Notes under the pieces: generated by a model
The model's input: the letters and a program-made list of their open reading frames with translations, nothing else
Databases searched by the model: none
Told to the model about the DNA's origin: nothing
Translations under genes and position numbers: made by a program
DNA from: Rhynchobatus australiae
Taxonomy: Eukaryota
Length of the DNA: 64,000 nucleotides
Direction: 5' to 3'
Assembly (NCBI GenBank): GCA_034780895.1
Contig: JAUZTB010003499.1
Location: 62,001 to 126,000, forward strand
Part shown: positions 12,219-24,147 of the stretch, in pieces
How positions within the stretch are numbered: the first letter of the stretch is position 1
Layout: the number at the start of each line of letters is the position of its first letter

Positions 12219-13391
12219 TTATCTTCGTGAATCTTGTAAAAATTTGTGATTAAGCGTTAATAAATTTAAAGGTAAAGTGTAAGTTTCTTCTAATTTACTA
12301 TAAGCATAATCGTAATGAGCTAAAGCTTTGAGGGCGGCTCAGTGGCTTGATTCTAAATCTTTATTGTAACTATGAAAAGTGTTAATGCTCTTTGTAAAGA
12401 GCTTATTAGTAGCATTTTCAAAATCAGGCAAAAATTTTAAATCACCAGCTCAAACTTGATCCCAAGTAGCGATTTTGTGTTTCTTTTTTCAAGCTTTTAG
12501 GACTTTATGAATTGTGTGCAAAAGATAATCATTAATCGTTTGGTTAATAATTTGAAAACTGTTTAAGTTGATTTGCGCACTTACTAATAATGATTGGGGA
12601 AAAGTGGCTTCGTTGTAAAAACAATTTAAAGTAAAAAGTTTACGCGCCTTAGTAAAATTAATTTTGAAAGCGTCCATATAAGCTTTGATGTAAGTGGCAC
12701 TGCCAAAATCAATTACTTTTCTTTCAATAATCGAGTCTTTATTTTTCATGATTAAAGAAGTTTTAATATCGTCAATCTGGATAAAGAAATAGCCTTGATC
12801 ATGAGGGTATAAAACGGAGCTCGCTAAATCAATATGATCAAAAAATTTGTTAATTTTAATGCTAAATTGCTTCAAGATATTTTTTAAAGTTATGACTTTG
12901 TTTTTGGAAACACTTTTAAGTTCTAAACTTAAAAGATAGTTTCCTGGTTTTTTATAAAAGAGTTCTTCAGGAAGATACGCTCTTGTTTGTCAATTTAAGG
13001 GTGTGCACAATTTAGGACTAATAGCAATAAAATAATGATGCGGCTTGGTGTGCATCATTTCTTTAGTAGCGCTACTAATGTCTTTTTTGAGCACTTGTGG
13101 ACTAAAATTTTTCTTTTTTGAAAATTTTACTCGGTAGTTAATAATCTCACTTTTAATAATTAAGACTTGGTCTTTAATTAAAACGTCGATTTCGCGTAAA
13201 GGTTGCTGAAAAGCGGCTTGGTAATTGCTTAAAAAAAGTTTCACACTATTTTCATCAATTAACAAAAATTCGCTATCAAAAGAAAAAGTCTGTTCTAAAA
13301 CGACAATTAATTCGCTATTTTCTTGAACATAAGTGCTAAAAGTAGCACTTTTTGCTTTTAAAGTTAAAGACGTTCTCGGTTTAGCAGACAT
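12219..13391 (-). CDS. Highly diverged FtsA-like protein
   Basis: Two ORF-track pieces share one frame through TGA; sits between rsmH and ftsZ; IQIDDIKTSL...IDFGSATY resembles the actin-fold phosphate-2 region. Confidence 0.55.
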
Positions 13392-13394
13392 TTT

Positions 13395-14309
13395 TTAAAT
13401 CTCTTTCAGTTTAGTTAAAACGCGTAATTTGGCACTTCGTGCCCGATGGTTAAGTTTAATTTCTTGGGCGCTAACGAAATAACTTTTAGCGCGATACTTA
13501 ATTTCCTCAGAAATCGGTAAATAATCAGGATAAACTTTAGCAATTTGTTTTTTAAAAAAGTTTTTCACAATTTTATCTTCACCGGAATGAAAAGTAATGA
13601 TCAAAAGTTTGCCATTGACTTTTAGTAAATCCAGAGCTTGGCTTAAAAATGCTTCTAAGGCTAAATATTCTTCATTAACTTCAATTCTTAAAGCTTGAAA
13701 AAGAGTTTTGGCTGGGTGTTTGTGGCGCACCATTTTGCTTGGCAAAACATTACGCACTAAATCTACTAGCTCAGCCGTTCTATAGAAAGGGCGCTTAGCC
13801 AAAATTGCTTTCGCAACTAGCGAGGCTAGTTTTACATCAGCGTTTTTAACTAAAAGTCTTTCTAGTGCTTCAGCACTATAAGTATTAACAATTTCTTTAG
13901 CATCAAGACTTTGACTCTGATCCATGCGCATGTCTAAAGGTCCATCTAGACGGTAACTAAAGCCGCGCGCGGCAGTGTCAAGTTGATAAGAAGAAACTCC
14001 TAGATCTAAAAAAAGGCCATCAACTTTAAATAATCCACAAGCTTTTAATAAAGCTTTAATCTCACGAAAATTTCCTTGCTTAATAAAAAGTTTGTGACTA
14101 TAGTCTTGCAACGCAATGCTACTTTTTTCTATAGCAAAGGCGTCTTGGTCAAAACCATAATAAGAACTTAAAGCTGCATTCGCTTCTAAAATGGCACGGG
14201 CGTGACCACCAAAACCAATTGTTGCATCAACAAAAACGCCTTGCAGATCACTAATTTCTTTTAAAATTTCCTTAACCATTACTGGTTCGTGAAATTTATT
14301 TTTTGACAT
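13395..14309 (-). CDS. rsmH: 16S rRNA m4C1402 methyltransferase
   Basis: HEPVM, DATIGFGGH, DLGVSSYQLD, RGFS, PLDMRMD, FQALRIEVN. Confidence 0.97.
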   Translation of the reverse strand: MSKNKFHEPVMVKEILKEISDLQGVFVDATIGFGGHARAILEANAALSSYYGFDQDAFAIEKSSIALQDYSHKLFIKQGNFREIKALLKACGLFKVDGLFLDLGVSSYQLDTAARGFSYRLDGPLDMRMDQSQSLDAKEIVNTYSAEALERLLVKNADVKLASLVAKAILAKRPFYRTAELVDLVRNVLPSKMVRHKHPAKTLFQALRIEVNEEYLALEAFLSQALDLLKVNGKLLIITFHSGEDKIVKNFFKKQIAKVYPDYLPISEEIKYRAKSYFVSAQEIKLNHRARSAKLRVLTKLKEI

Positions 14310-14733
14310 TACTAATATCACTCATTAGCTTTGTGAAATCTTCATCATTCATTTCACTGTTAAATTGTTCGTAGGCAAGGCTATTTCAAATAATGGCTTT
14401 ATCATTCATACCGACAATTACTAGCTCTTTATTAATTTTAGCTAAATTGAGTAGTTCTTTGGGAACTAAAAAACGTCCTGCTTTATCAACTTCAACGACA
14501 CTAATACGCGCATAAAACGCTCTTTGGTATTTAATGTTTTGCGGGCTGAACTCGTCCAGCTGGCTAATTTTAGCGCTTAATTTTGCAAAACTAGCTTCAT
14601 TGTACATTTCGATGTTATTGCCAATAGCGCGGAAAAGGTAAAAACTAGAACCAAAAAAATCACGTAATTTACTAGGAATCGTAATGCGATTACGATCATC
14701 GAGTGATCTTTTATATTCTCCATAAATTCCCAT
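14296..14733 (-). CDS. mraZ: Division cluster transcriptional regulator MraZ
   Basis: Two DxxxR motifs (LDDRNRITIP, VDKAGRFLVP); first gene of the mraZ-rsmH-ftsA-ftsZ cluster. Confidence 0.93.
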
Positions 14734-15141
14734 TTTCCCCCCTACATAACCATTTTAAACTAATAAGGAGCAAAATTTATCATTTTTTTTAAAGATTTTT
14801 AAGTACCAAAAAGCAAAAGTTTGTTGTAAAGTCAAAGATTTGGCTTATTTTTTTAATTTGATTAAGAAAATAAGCTTATATTAAGGAAAAAAAGCTTATT
14901 TACTTTGTGGGTAACTTTCCCAAAGATTTATGCATAGACAAGCTTGGCAGCGCCTTAACTAAATTTCTAAAAAAAATTTTTCAAGAATAACTTTTTTTTG
15001 AAAAAGGTTAAAGATTTTTAGTAACATATAGAAACGTTACATTTACTTTACTAATAAGCTTTAAGAAAAATTAAAAAGCTTAATTTTAGGCGCAAATTTA
15101 AATTAACTATTTGAAAATGCAAATTTTCAAAATGAGGAAAA

Positions 15142-15576
15142 ATGAGACAAACTACTTTAGTCAAACACCAAAAAGCTGAGAAAAATTGGTATTTAATAGA
15201 TGCTAGTGAACAAATTTTAGGGCGCTTAGCCGCTTTTAGTGCTAGCATTTTGCGTGGTAAAAATAAAGCCACTTTTACGCCTCATGTAGACATGGGTGAT
15301 TATATCATTATTATTAATGCCGCAAAAGTTCGGCTCAGCGCTAATAAAGAAAATAGTAAAATTTATTATCGTCATTCAGGATATCCTGGTGGCTTAAAAA
15401 AAAGAAGTGCAGCTCAAGTGCGTCGTCTTCATCCGGAAAGACTTTTGGAAAAAGCAATTAAAGGAATGTTGCCGCACACTAAATTAGGACGTCAACAATT
15501 TCGTCATCTTTTTGTTTATGCAGACGCCAAACATTCTCATCAAGCACAAAAGCCGCTGGCAATAAAGGTTAAATAA
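15142..15576 (+). CDS. rplM: 50S ribosomal protein L13
   Basis: [27 protein letters not shown]. Confidence 0.98.
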   Translation: MRQTTLVKHQKAEKNWYLIDASEQILGRLAAFSASILRGKNKATFTPHVDMGDYIIIINAAKVRLSANKENSKIYYRHSGYPGGLKKRSAAQVRRLHPERLLEKAIKGMLPHTKLGRQQFRHLFVYADAKHSHQAQKPLAIKVK

Positions 15577-15986
15577 TGAATCAAGAAAGAGTCGTATTTA
15601 GAGGTTTAGGAAGAAGAAAAACTTCAGTAGCAAGAGTAATGCTCTTCCCTAATGAAAAAGAGCAAAAAAGCGAATTTTTGATTAATAAGCGTCAAGCCAA
15701 AGACTATTTGAAATCAGAAATTTTTATTAAAGACGCCTTACAACCTTTTAGCGTTACCGAAACGGAAAATAAATTTCACATTCGTGTTAATGTACGAGGC
15801 GGTGGCCTTGCCGGTCAAGCAGGAGCAATTAGGCTAGGAACAGCACGCGCTTTATTAAAAACTTCGGAAGACTATCGTCCCCTTTTAAAAGCTGCCAAGT
15901 TTTTAACGCAAGATTCACGCGTTAAAGAAAGAAAAAAACCAGGTCTAAGAAAAGCGAGAAAAGCGCGACAATTCTCAAAACGTTAG
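15576..15986 (+). CDS. rpsI: 30S ribosomal protein S9
   Basis: GRRKTSVARV, GGGLAGQAGAIRLG, ERKKPG..KARKARQFSKR. Confidence 0.98.
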   Translation: MNQERVVFRGLGRRKTSVARVMLFPNEKEQKSEFLINKRQAKDYLKSEIFIKDALQPFSVTETENKFHIRVNVRGGGLAGQAGAIRLGTARALLKTSEDYRPLLKAAKFLTQDSRVKERKKPGLRKARKARQFSKR

Positions 15987-16022
15987 GCGCTTATTGTAAA
16001 ATATCATTGTGATATTTTTAAT

Positions 16023-16099
16023 GCGAGCGTAGCTCAGCCGGTTAGAGCACACGACTGATAATCGTGAGGTCGATGGTTCAAGTCCATTCGTTCGCACCA
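16023..16099 (+). tRNA. tRNA-Ile (GAT)
   Basis: Cloverleaf with anticodon arm cacga-ct GAT aa-tcgtg, TTCAA T-loop, encoded CCA. Confidence 0.95.
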
Positions 16100-16116
16100 T
16101 TTCATTACTGACCTTT

Positions 16117-16145
16117 AAAAACTACTTTTAGAAGTAGTTTTTTTT
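16117..16145 (+). terminator. Terminator after rplM-rpsI-tRNA-Ile
   Basis: aaaactactt-ttag-aagtagtttt plus T run. Confidence 0.7.
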
Positions 16146-16165
16146 CTTCTTTAAGAATAAATTTG

Positions 16166-16192
16166 TGCCATAATATAACCAGGTGGTTATAT
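16166..16192 (+). promoter_or_regulatory. Extended -10 promoter overlapped by a 9-2-9 palindromic operator (candidate ArsR site)
   Basis: TGcCATAAT followed by ATATAACCA-GG-TGGTTATAT, a perfect inverted repeat (16173-16192) reaching the ATG. Confidence 0.7.
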
Positions 16193-16518
16193 GAGTATTT
16201 ATGAGTTTTTGCACTTAATTGCTAATCAAACACGCGCCAAACTCTTAGTTCATTACTGAAGCTGCCGCTGTCTTGGCCATAACGTTAAAGCACTAGTTAA
16301 AAAAGTGGGAACTAGCCAAGCTAATGTTTCTAAACATTTAAAAAAATTGCGTGAAGAGTCAAATCTTAATTTATAAAGAAACTAACAAGCATCATTTTTA
16401 TGAGCTTGATAAGCAAAAATTTTTACCTTTTGAAAAAATTTTTACGCTTTTTATCAAAGAAGCACAACTGAGTAATTATTATTGTGCTTGTTTAAAGAAA
16501 GGTCATCATGCAATGTAA
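16191..16518 (+). pseudogene. ArsR/SmtB-family metalloregulator with a +1 frameshift near 16355 (real or assembly error)
   Basis: IANQTRAKLL...CRC...VKKVGTSQANVSKHLKKLRE wHTH signature; this frame stops near 16376, while the shifted frame continues QILIYKETNKHHFYEL...YYCACLKKGHHAM*. Confidence 0.75.
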
Positions 16519-18784
16519 ATTTTGTAACCCGAGTGCGCCCAAAGTTGCTGCTAAACACTTTTGTACTAGTTGCGGGCCGCATCAAAATAATGCCAGAAAA
16601 CAAAACGCGGCTGATGCTAAAAGCATAAGCCACAGTCATGGCGCAGCGCATGCTCATAGTCATAGTCATGGCAAAAGTCACAGTCATAGCCATGGCCACA
16701 GCCACAGTCATAGTCATGCTCATAACCATGGCGCCGCTCACAGCCATAGCCATAGTCATAGTCATCACAATGAGCTAGTAAAAAAAACAAAATGAGAAAA
16801 TGAAAAGCTACAAAAAGTTTTTAGTTTCCTCAAAGTTATCCAAGAAAGCCTTTGATTACAAGCGTTGATTGCTTTATTAGCAATTATTAATGTGATTGTT
16901 TCATTAAGCATTAACAATTTTGTTTTAAACAATATTTATTTAAAAGTCGTTTTATCTTCGCTTTTTGTTTTTTTCTTTGGACTCAAATATTGACAAGTTT
17001 ATCCCAAATTACTAAAAAAAGAAATTGGCATGATGCTTTTAATTGCCGTAGCTTCGCATAGCGTTTATCTTTATAGTCTAATTAATTTAGTAATCAAAGT
17101 TAATAATGGCGCTTCGGCTGCTAGCATAAGAACTTTTTTTGATGTTCCCATTATTTTAATGTTTATCGTTAAAGTGGGACAGTTTTTAGAAAGTAAATTA
17201 ACTAAACAAGTTGAAGCTAATTTAGAAAATATGTTCATTGAAAACATTAAAACGGTAACTTTAGTAAATGGCAAAACAACAGCACTCGTTTCCATTCACG
17301 ATTTAGCCATTAATGATCAACTATTAATTAAAAAAGGACAAATGATTCCAGTTGATGCTGAGCTCATTTCACAACAAAGTTGGGTTGATACGACTAATAT
17401 TAATGGTGAGTCAATTCCACGCAATTTTTTACAAGGGCAACTTTTAAAATCAGGCATGATTAATTTAGAAACGAGTATTAAAGTTAAAGTCTTAAAAGCT
17501 TTTAAAGACTCAACGGTTTATTATTTACTCAATAAATTAGAAGCAATGATGAAACGTAAAACACATTTACAAAAAATTAGTGCCACTATTACTAAATACT
17601 TTGCCCCTTTTATTTTATCTTTAGGACTTTTTACTTTTAGCCTCTGAGCACTGCTTTATGGCACCAAAACTGTTTCTTTAGACAATTATTTGTATCGCAA
17701 CTTTGTCAGTTCGGGCTATGAAGCGGCGCTTTTAAATGCGGCTACCGTTTTATCTATTGCTTGCCCTTGTGCTTTTGGCTTAGCAGCTCCTGTTGTGCAC
17801 GCTTTAGTTAATTCAATCGCGACTAAAAGTGGCATTATTTATAACCAAATTAATCGTTTTGAAAATTTAAAAAAAATTGATTATTTATTTTTAGATAAAA
17901 CCGGCACTTTAAGTAAAAACACTTTAAAAATTGTTGATTATCAAGGCAGTGATGAAAATCAAAAACTAATCGCTTCGATGGAACAAAACTCATCCCATCC
18001 TTTTGCCCGTAGCATTTTAAAAGACTATCAAAAAGCACTTTTAAATTTAGAAAATGTCAAAGAAGAAATCGGTTTTGGGCTCATTTATAAAAGTGCACAA
18101 ACGACTTATTATTTGTCTAATCCTAAAAAACTAGCAGCTAAATTAAAACTAGAAATGCCTTTTCATTTAATTAACAGTGCCGATCATATCGTGGCCTTAG
18201 CGACAAAAGACAAACTGCTGGCTCACTATCGCTTTCGTGATGAAATTAAAAACGATTTTAAGCCAGCTTTAAAACGTTTTAAAAAAATGGCTAAAGCCAT
18301 AATTGTGCTTTCAGGCGATTCTGAAAAGCGCGTTCAAGCAATCGTTAAAAACTTTAATCTAACACGCGGCTATGGTAACTTAAATTCGCAAGCAAAATTA
18401 AAAATTATTGAAGAATATCAAAAAAAGGGCACTGTTGCATTTATTGGTGATGGTCTTAATGATGCTTTAGCAATTCAAGGAGCTGATTTAGGGATTGCCT
18501 TTGAGCATGGCTCAAATATTACTAATCATGTCGCTGCGGCTTCACTTAAAACTGAAAGTCTTAAAATCGCCGCGCTCGCTTTAGAATTACCACTAAAAAC
18601 GCGCAAAGCCATTTTGATTAATTTTTTCTGAGCTTTTATTTTTAATCTCATTTGTTTACCTTTAGCCATTTTAGGAATTTTACCGATCTATTTAGGAGCA
18701 ACGGTAATGTTCGCTTCCACTAGCGTTTTACTTTTACACACGCTCTGATTTAAAATTCGTTTACAAAAATTAGTAAAAAGTTAA
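16508..18784 (+). CDS. Heavy-metal P1B-type ATPase (CopA/ZntA-like) with Cys/His-rich N-terminus
   Basis: IACPCAFGLAAP, DKTGT, SSHPFA, GDGLND; N-terminal CKFC/CTSC plus (HS)n tract; one frame through TGA. Confidence 0.9.
16630..16768 (+). repeat. Imperfect hexamer repeats (CAY AGY, His-Ser) within the ATPase
   Basis: Many cacagt/catagt/catagc units and two HGAAH blocks. Confidence 0.85.
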
Positions 18785-19019
18785 ATTTTAAAAAAGCAAA
18801 AAAATCATTTTTAAAGGCATTTATTGCCTTTTTTCTCTTTTTAGAAGAATTTAGGATTCTAAAAAATTTTTATTTTTTTAAACTAAAAAGCTTTTAAGTA
18901 AATTTTCACTTTTCATAAACTAAAGGACAATAACTTTTTTTGCTGAAAGCTCTTTAAGGGGCAAACTTATTAGTATAATTAAAGTTATTTGATATCACTA
19001 AAGCTTGGAAGGACAACTG

Positions 19020-20651
19020 ATGGGCCAACTCAAAGGCAAAAAGCTGCCACATACAAAATACTTATTCGTGACTGGTGGGGTTATTTCTGGATTAGGAAAA
19101 GGCATTAGCGCTGCTTCCATTGGTAATCTTTTAAGACGTTATGGCTATAGCGTTTTCGTTTTAAAACTAGATCCTTATTTAAATATTGATCCAGGGCTAA
19201 TTAGTCCTTATGAACACGGCGAAATCTTTGTTACTAAAGACGGTGGTGAAACCGATTTAGACCTTGGCCACTATGAACGCTTTATTGATGTTGAATTATC
19301 AAAATCGAGTAATTTTACTTCGGGAAAATTACTCTTAGAACTTTTTGAAAAAGAGCGTAATGGCTCTTATTTAGGCAAAACGGTGCAGTACATTCCCCAT
19401 TTTATTAACGAAATTATCGAAGCCATTTTAAAAACTTCAAAAAGTGCCGATTGCGATTTTATGATTGTCGAACTAGGCGGCACCGTAGGCGATATTGAAA
19501 GTAACCCTTTTGTTTATGCGCTCAGTGAATTTAAAATTAAGTTTCCCCAACAGTTTTTACTAGTACACGTTACTTATGTACCGTTTTTAAACACTTCTGA
19601 TGATTTTAAGAGTAAACCAACACAAAACAGCGTTCATCTTTTAGGTTCTTTTGGACTGAAACCGAATCTTTTATTATTACGTTCAGAAAAAGCGATTGAC
19701 CAAGAAGTAATTGACAAAATTGCTACCAAATCGCGCCTCAAAGCGCAGCGCGTTATTAATGTTCCTGATTTAACTAATATTTATGATGCCCCTTATTATT
19801 TTGAAGAACGCGGCGTGATGCAAATTATTAATCAACATTTTAACTTAGCGCCTTCCCAAGGGAGCTGAAAAGAGTGGCAAGCTTTTATTAACTTAATTAA
19901 AAAACCGAAACGCTACCGCGCTAAAATTTTAATGCTTGGTAAATACGTTGAATTTTTAGACGCTTATAAATCGATTATTGAAGCTTTTAAAATTGCCGCT
20001 TATTATGAAAATATTGATCTTCAATTTCAGTGACAATCGGCTGATCAGCTTAATGAAAAAGATCTAAAAAAAACGCTTTTAGCAGTTGATGGCATTGTCA
20101 TTTTACCAGGCTTTGGTAAGCGCGGTTTTGAAATGAAAGTGAAAACAGCTTGGTATTCACGCGATTTAAAAATTCCTACTTTTGGCATTTGTTTAGGGAT
20201 GCAAGCGATGACAGTAGCGCAAGCTCGGCGTTTAGGCATGAAAAATGCTACTTCTAAGGAATTTGCTAGCGATGCTAATGAACTTTGCGTTTTAGACATT
20301 TTAAAAGGACGTAGTAAAGACAAAAATATGGGTGGCACTTTAAGATTAGGAAACTATCCTATCAAACTCAAAAAAGGCTCTTTAGTTTATGATATTTACC
20401 AACAAGAAACAATCATTGAACGTCATCGTCACCGTTACGAAGTTAAAAAAGAATTCATTGATAAATTAAGTGATGGCGATTTTCAGTTTTCCGGACTTTG
20501 ACAAAAAGAAAATCTACCCGAAGTTTGTGAAAGCCAAAATCACCCTTTTTATATAGGCACTCAATACCATCCTGAATTTACTTCAAGACCTCTAAAGCCC
20601 CACCCTTTATACCGTCGCTTTTTAAAAGCAACAGCGCAACTTAAGGACTAA
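19020..20651 (+). CDS. pyrG: CTP synthase
   Basis: FVTGGVISGLGKG, ETDLDLGHYERF, PGFG, GICLGMQ, ERHRHRYE, QYHPEF. Confidence 0.97.
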
Positions 20652-20653
20652 CT

Positions 20654-23323
20654 ATGGAAAAACAGCCTGATTATAAAAAAACGCTGGCGATGCCACAAAC
20701 CGAGTTTTCAATGCGCGCCAATTTAGTAAAAAAAGAAGCCGATTATCAAAAACGATGAAAAGAAATAAGGCTTTACCAAAAGATTTTAGCGCAAAATGGC
20801 AATTTGCCTTTTTTTTTACTGCACGATGGCCCTCCTTATGCTAATGGTAAGTTGCATCTAGGTCATGCCCTTAATAAAATCCTTAAAGATTTTATTATTC
20901 GTTATAAAAATATGTCTGGCTTTCAAGCTCCTTTTGTTGCTGGTTGAGACACCCATGGCTTACCAATTGAGCACAAAATGTTAACTAAGGCGCATCTTAA
21001 ACATACTGATCTTGACGCCTTACAATTACGTAATTTAGCGCGTAATTACGCATGAAGCCAAGTTCGATTACAAAAAAAACAGTTTCAAAGTTTGCAATTA
21101 CTCGCGGATTTTGAAACTATTTATTTAACTATGGATAAAGATTTTGAAGCTGAGCAGCTCAAACTCTTTAAGCAAATGTTTTTTCAAGGTTTAGTTTATA
21201 AAGGGCTAAAGCCAATTTATTGATCACCTTCTTCGCAATCAGCCTTAGCTGAAGCAGAAGTCATTTATCAAGACAAAGAAAGTCCCTCAATTTATTTAGC
21301 GCTCAAAATGGCTTCCAAAAATGAAGACTTTAATGAGCAAGACTATTTAGTAATTTGAACGACTACGCCTTGAACTTTAGTCGCTAATTCAGGAGTGGCA
21401 ATTAATAAAGACTTTCTTTATGCCAAAGTTAATTACCAAAAACGAAATTTTATTATCGCTCATGATTTAGTCGCTGCAGTAGCAAAAAAGTGTCACTGGC
21501 AAAACTATCAAATAGTTAAAACTTTTAAGGCCGACATTTTAGCCAAGCTCGAATATTGAAGACCTTTACAAGCTAAAAAAGGTTTAATCGTTTTGTCACA
21601 ACACGTTAGTTTGGAAACAGGTTCGGGCTTAGTCCATCTAGCCCCCCTTTTTGGTGAGGATGATTTTTTAGTAGCGCAAAAGCAAAAGCTAGAAATGATT
21701 ATGCACATTAGTGATGATGGCACTATTAATAAAGAAGGTGGCCCTTATCACAAGCTTTTTTATGAAAAAGCGAATCAGCAAATTATTGCTGATTTAAAAA
21801 AACAAGAGCTGCTACTCAGTTATGAAACGATTAAGCATAGCTATCCTCACGACTGAAGAACGAAACAGCCCATTATGTATCGGGCGACGCCGCAATGGTT
21901 TATTTCTATTGATAAAATTAAAAATCAGATTTTCCAAGCTTTAAAAAAAGTAGCTGGTAATCCTTCTTGAGTAATTCAAAGACTAAAAGAAATGATTGCC
22001 CAAAGACAAGCCTGAACTATTTCGCGGCAAAGAATTTGGGGCGTACCCATTCCCATTTTTTATGATCAGCAAGGTCAAATTTTAAAAGATCCAGAGCAAT
22101 TTGATTTTATTATTGAACTAGTTAAAAAAGAAGGTAGCGATATCTGGTTTTCTAAAAGTACCGATGAGCTCCTTTTAGAAAAATACCGTCAGCAAAACTT
22201 TTCTAAGGAAACTTCGATTATGGACGTTTGGTTTGATTCAGGATCAACTAATGTGGCCCTCAAAATTGCTAATCAAAGCGCTCCTTTTGATCTTTATTTA
22301 GAAGGTAGCGATCAGTTTCGCGGTTGGTTTAACTCTTCTTTAATTAATTCAGTTGTTTATCGCCAAGCAGCGCCTTACAAGTTTTTATTAGCCCACGGTT
22401 TTGTTTTAGATGGCAATAATGAAAAAATGTCAAAATCAAAAGGCAACGTTTTTGCTCCAGAAAAAATTACCCAAAAATTAGGAGCGGACATTTTGAGACT
22501 CTGAGTAGCTTCGGTAGAATACCAAGCCGATGTTAAAATTTCTGAGGAAATAGTGCAAAGAGTTAGTGATAACTATCGCAAGATTCGTAATACTATCCGC
22601 TTTATTTTAGGTAATTTAAAAACTTATCAGTTTCAAAATAACTTAAAATTAGTAGGCATTCACCTTTACGCTTATGAAAAAATTGCAAACTTACGTTGGC
22701 AAATTAAAAAAGCTTATGAAAAATACAGATTTTACAATGTCACTAAAGCGATTAGCAATTTATTAGTCGATTTTTCTAATTATTATTTTAATTATGGAAA
22801 AGATTTACTTTATGTTGAAGCTTTAAAAAACCCACAAAGGCTTATGCTCTTAAACAATTTGCACTTTTTATTAGAAACGGTTTTAATTGGCTTAGCACCT
22901 ATCTTACCAACGACTACTGAAGAAGCTTATCAATATTTTTACAAAAGTGACAAAAAAGTTTCGCTCCATTTAGAAAGATTTTGAAAAACGAGCGCTTTAA
23001 AAGATGAGCAAGAACTAAAATGAAAAGCTTTTTTTGCTTTTAAAAATGAGATTTATCGCGAAATGGAAAAATTAGTAGCCCAGAAAATTATTAAGCGTTC
23101 CCATGAAGCCAAAATTACTTACAATCAAGATTTACCCGAATGATTAGAAAAAGAAAATTTAGCGCAATTATTAATGGTAGCCGAAGTCAAAAAAGGGCCA
23201 AAATTTGAAATTAGTGCTTTTCAAGGGGCAAAGTGTCCGCGCTGTTGAAACCTTTTTAAAAGTTCGCAAAAAAATAGTTTATGTTATCGTTGTCAAGCTT
23301 TAAAAGATAAAGGAGCTTGATAA
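20654..23323 (+). CDS. ileS: Isoleucine--tRNA ligase
   Basis: [38 protein letters not shown]-terminal KCPRCW..CYRC. Confidence 0.97.
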
Positions 23324-23325
23324 AA

Positions 23326-24147
23326 ATGTTAAAAATTAAAACTTTTTTTAGCGCTTTAGTAAAAAAATTGTGAGAAACGACTAAAACTAACTATCAAGAA
23401 AATAAAAAGGCAATTCTTTATGCTTATCTTGTTTTTTTTGTAACTTTAGTAATTTTATTATTAATTGATCAACTCAGTAAAACTTTTATTTTTGAATTTT
23501 ATCAAGACACTAAAAAAGGACGCTTTGAAATTGACCATAGTCAATTTCAAGACTTTGATATTATCGGCACGCGTTCGGTAGCGAATCCAGGAATTACTTT
23601 TACTGGTAATAAAAAAATTAACGTTCCTTTTATTCAGGCCCTTTCTTTAATCGCCGTTTTAATTTTTAGCACTTTAGTTTATTATTTCCCTTTAATTAAT
23701 TTTACTAATTTTTTTATTATTATCGCCTTTAGCGGCTTAAGCGCAGGTTCCTTAGGAAACGCTATCGATCGCTTTGCCTTTGGCGTTGTAAAAGACATTT
23801 TTTACGTTCCTTATTTAGAAAATCAAGGCACTTTTAATTTTGCTGATGGCATCGTTGTTGGTGGTGGCGTTTTAATGGTTTTAAATAGTATCGTTTCCTT
23901 TTTTCTTAGTGCCAAAAAAAACCGTCAACTTAATGCTCAAAAAACGCCTTTAGCGCAATGTGCAGAAACTAAAACTTTAGATTTAAAAGAGCCTCTTTTA
24001 GAGTCTCAAAAAGCTTTAGTAGATCAGCAAAAAGAGACTTTGAGAGTAAAATTAAGTGACAATCACGAAAATGATTCTGAATCTAAAAAAGTTCAAAAAG
24101 CTCAAGCTACAATTAAAACTAAAGATCAAAGTGCTAAACAAAAGTAA
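23326..24147 (+). CDS. lspA: Lipoprotein signal peptidase II with Lys-rich C-terminal tail
   Basis: IDQLSK, GSLGNAIDR, VKDIF, FNFAD; ileS-lspA gene order. Confidence 0.88.

Noticed and set aside
16454-16768. Met/Thr-rich minus-strand ORF
   Set aside because: Antisense shadow of the His-Ser repeat in the ATPase
16630-16768. Possible CRISPR-like or other non-coding repeat array
   Set aside because: Coding hexamer repeats, no spacer structure, no cas genes
16508-16795. Separate small His-rich metallothionein-like protein
   Set aside because: Ends in TGA and reads in frame into the P1B ATPase
16100-18900. tRNA-integrated mobile island
   Set aside because: No integrase and no duplicated tRNA 3' end seen downstream
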